From Longimicrobiales bacterium (lineage in GTDB: Bacteria; Gemmatimonadota; Gemmatimonadetes; Longimicrobiales; Gaopeijiaceae): a DNA stretch of 64,000 nt. The translations under genes were made by a program, and so were the position numbers. A model generated the notes under the pieces. That model was not told the origin of the DNA. It saw only the letters and a list, made by a program, of their open reading frames with translations, and made no database searches. Below are positions 63,978-64,000 of the stretch, piece after piece (position 1 is the first letter of the stretch; every line of letters starts with the position of its first letter). The stretch lies in contig CBDCKN010000015.1 of assembly GCA_965218295.1 (NCBI GenBank), forward strand, positions 448,001 through 512,000, read 5' to 3'.

Positions 63978-64000
63978 GTACGGATACCCCTGGGGCTGTC

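Overview
GC-rich bacterial window. The first 5.9 kb is core metabolism: a partial PDZ protein, biotin carboxylase, RlmD-like methyltransferase, biotin carrier protein and methylmalonyl-CoA mutase. This gene set looks Gemmatimonadota-like, which is inference only. Immediately after the mutase stop codon a ~57 kb mobile-element hotspot begins. It holds (i) an integrative mobilizable element (~9.5-19.0 kb) with a P4-type integrase, a ColE1-style oriT/mobCABD module, a RelE/HigA-type TA pair and a 1231-aa RecD2-helicase/nuclease fusion; (ii) a heavily decayed, IS-riddled middle segment (19-35.5 kb) with OmpA, ispH, a squalene/phytoene synthase, and an IS1595 transporter element nested in IS256 that carries a tRNA-like gene; (iii) an ICE-like element (~35.9-59.6 kb) with integrase, defence-like cargo (HEPN protein, IS-split DUF2971, IS-split type IIG/ISP-like RM enzyme), AlpA and a minimal VirB2-3-4-9-10-5-6-8 T4SS with no recognisable VirB11, VirD4 or relaxase; (iv) an IS66-type element carrying a DUF4338 gene. 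The T4SS operon ends in an unknown gene (orfX) followed by a ~275-nt multi-hairpin element, and a diverged second copy of that element lies at 19.0-19.3 kb. This module is the best candidate for an undescribed system. Several single-base frameshifts fall in homopolymers and may be assembly errors. All family calls come from motif recognition, not database searches.
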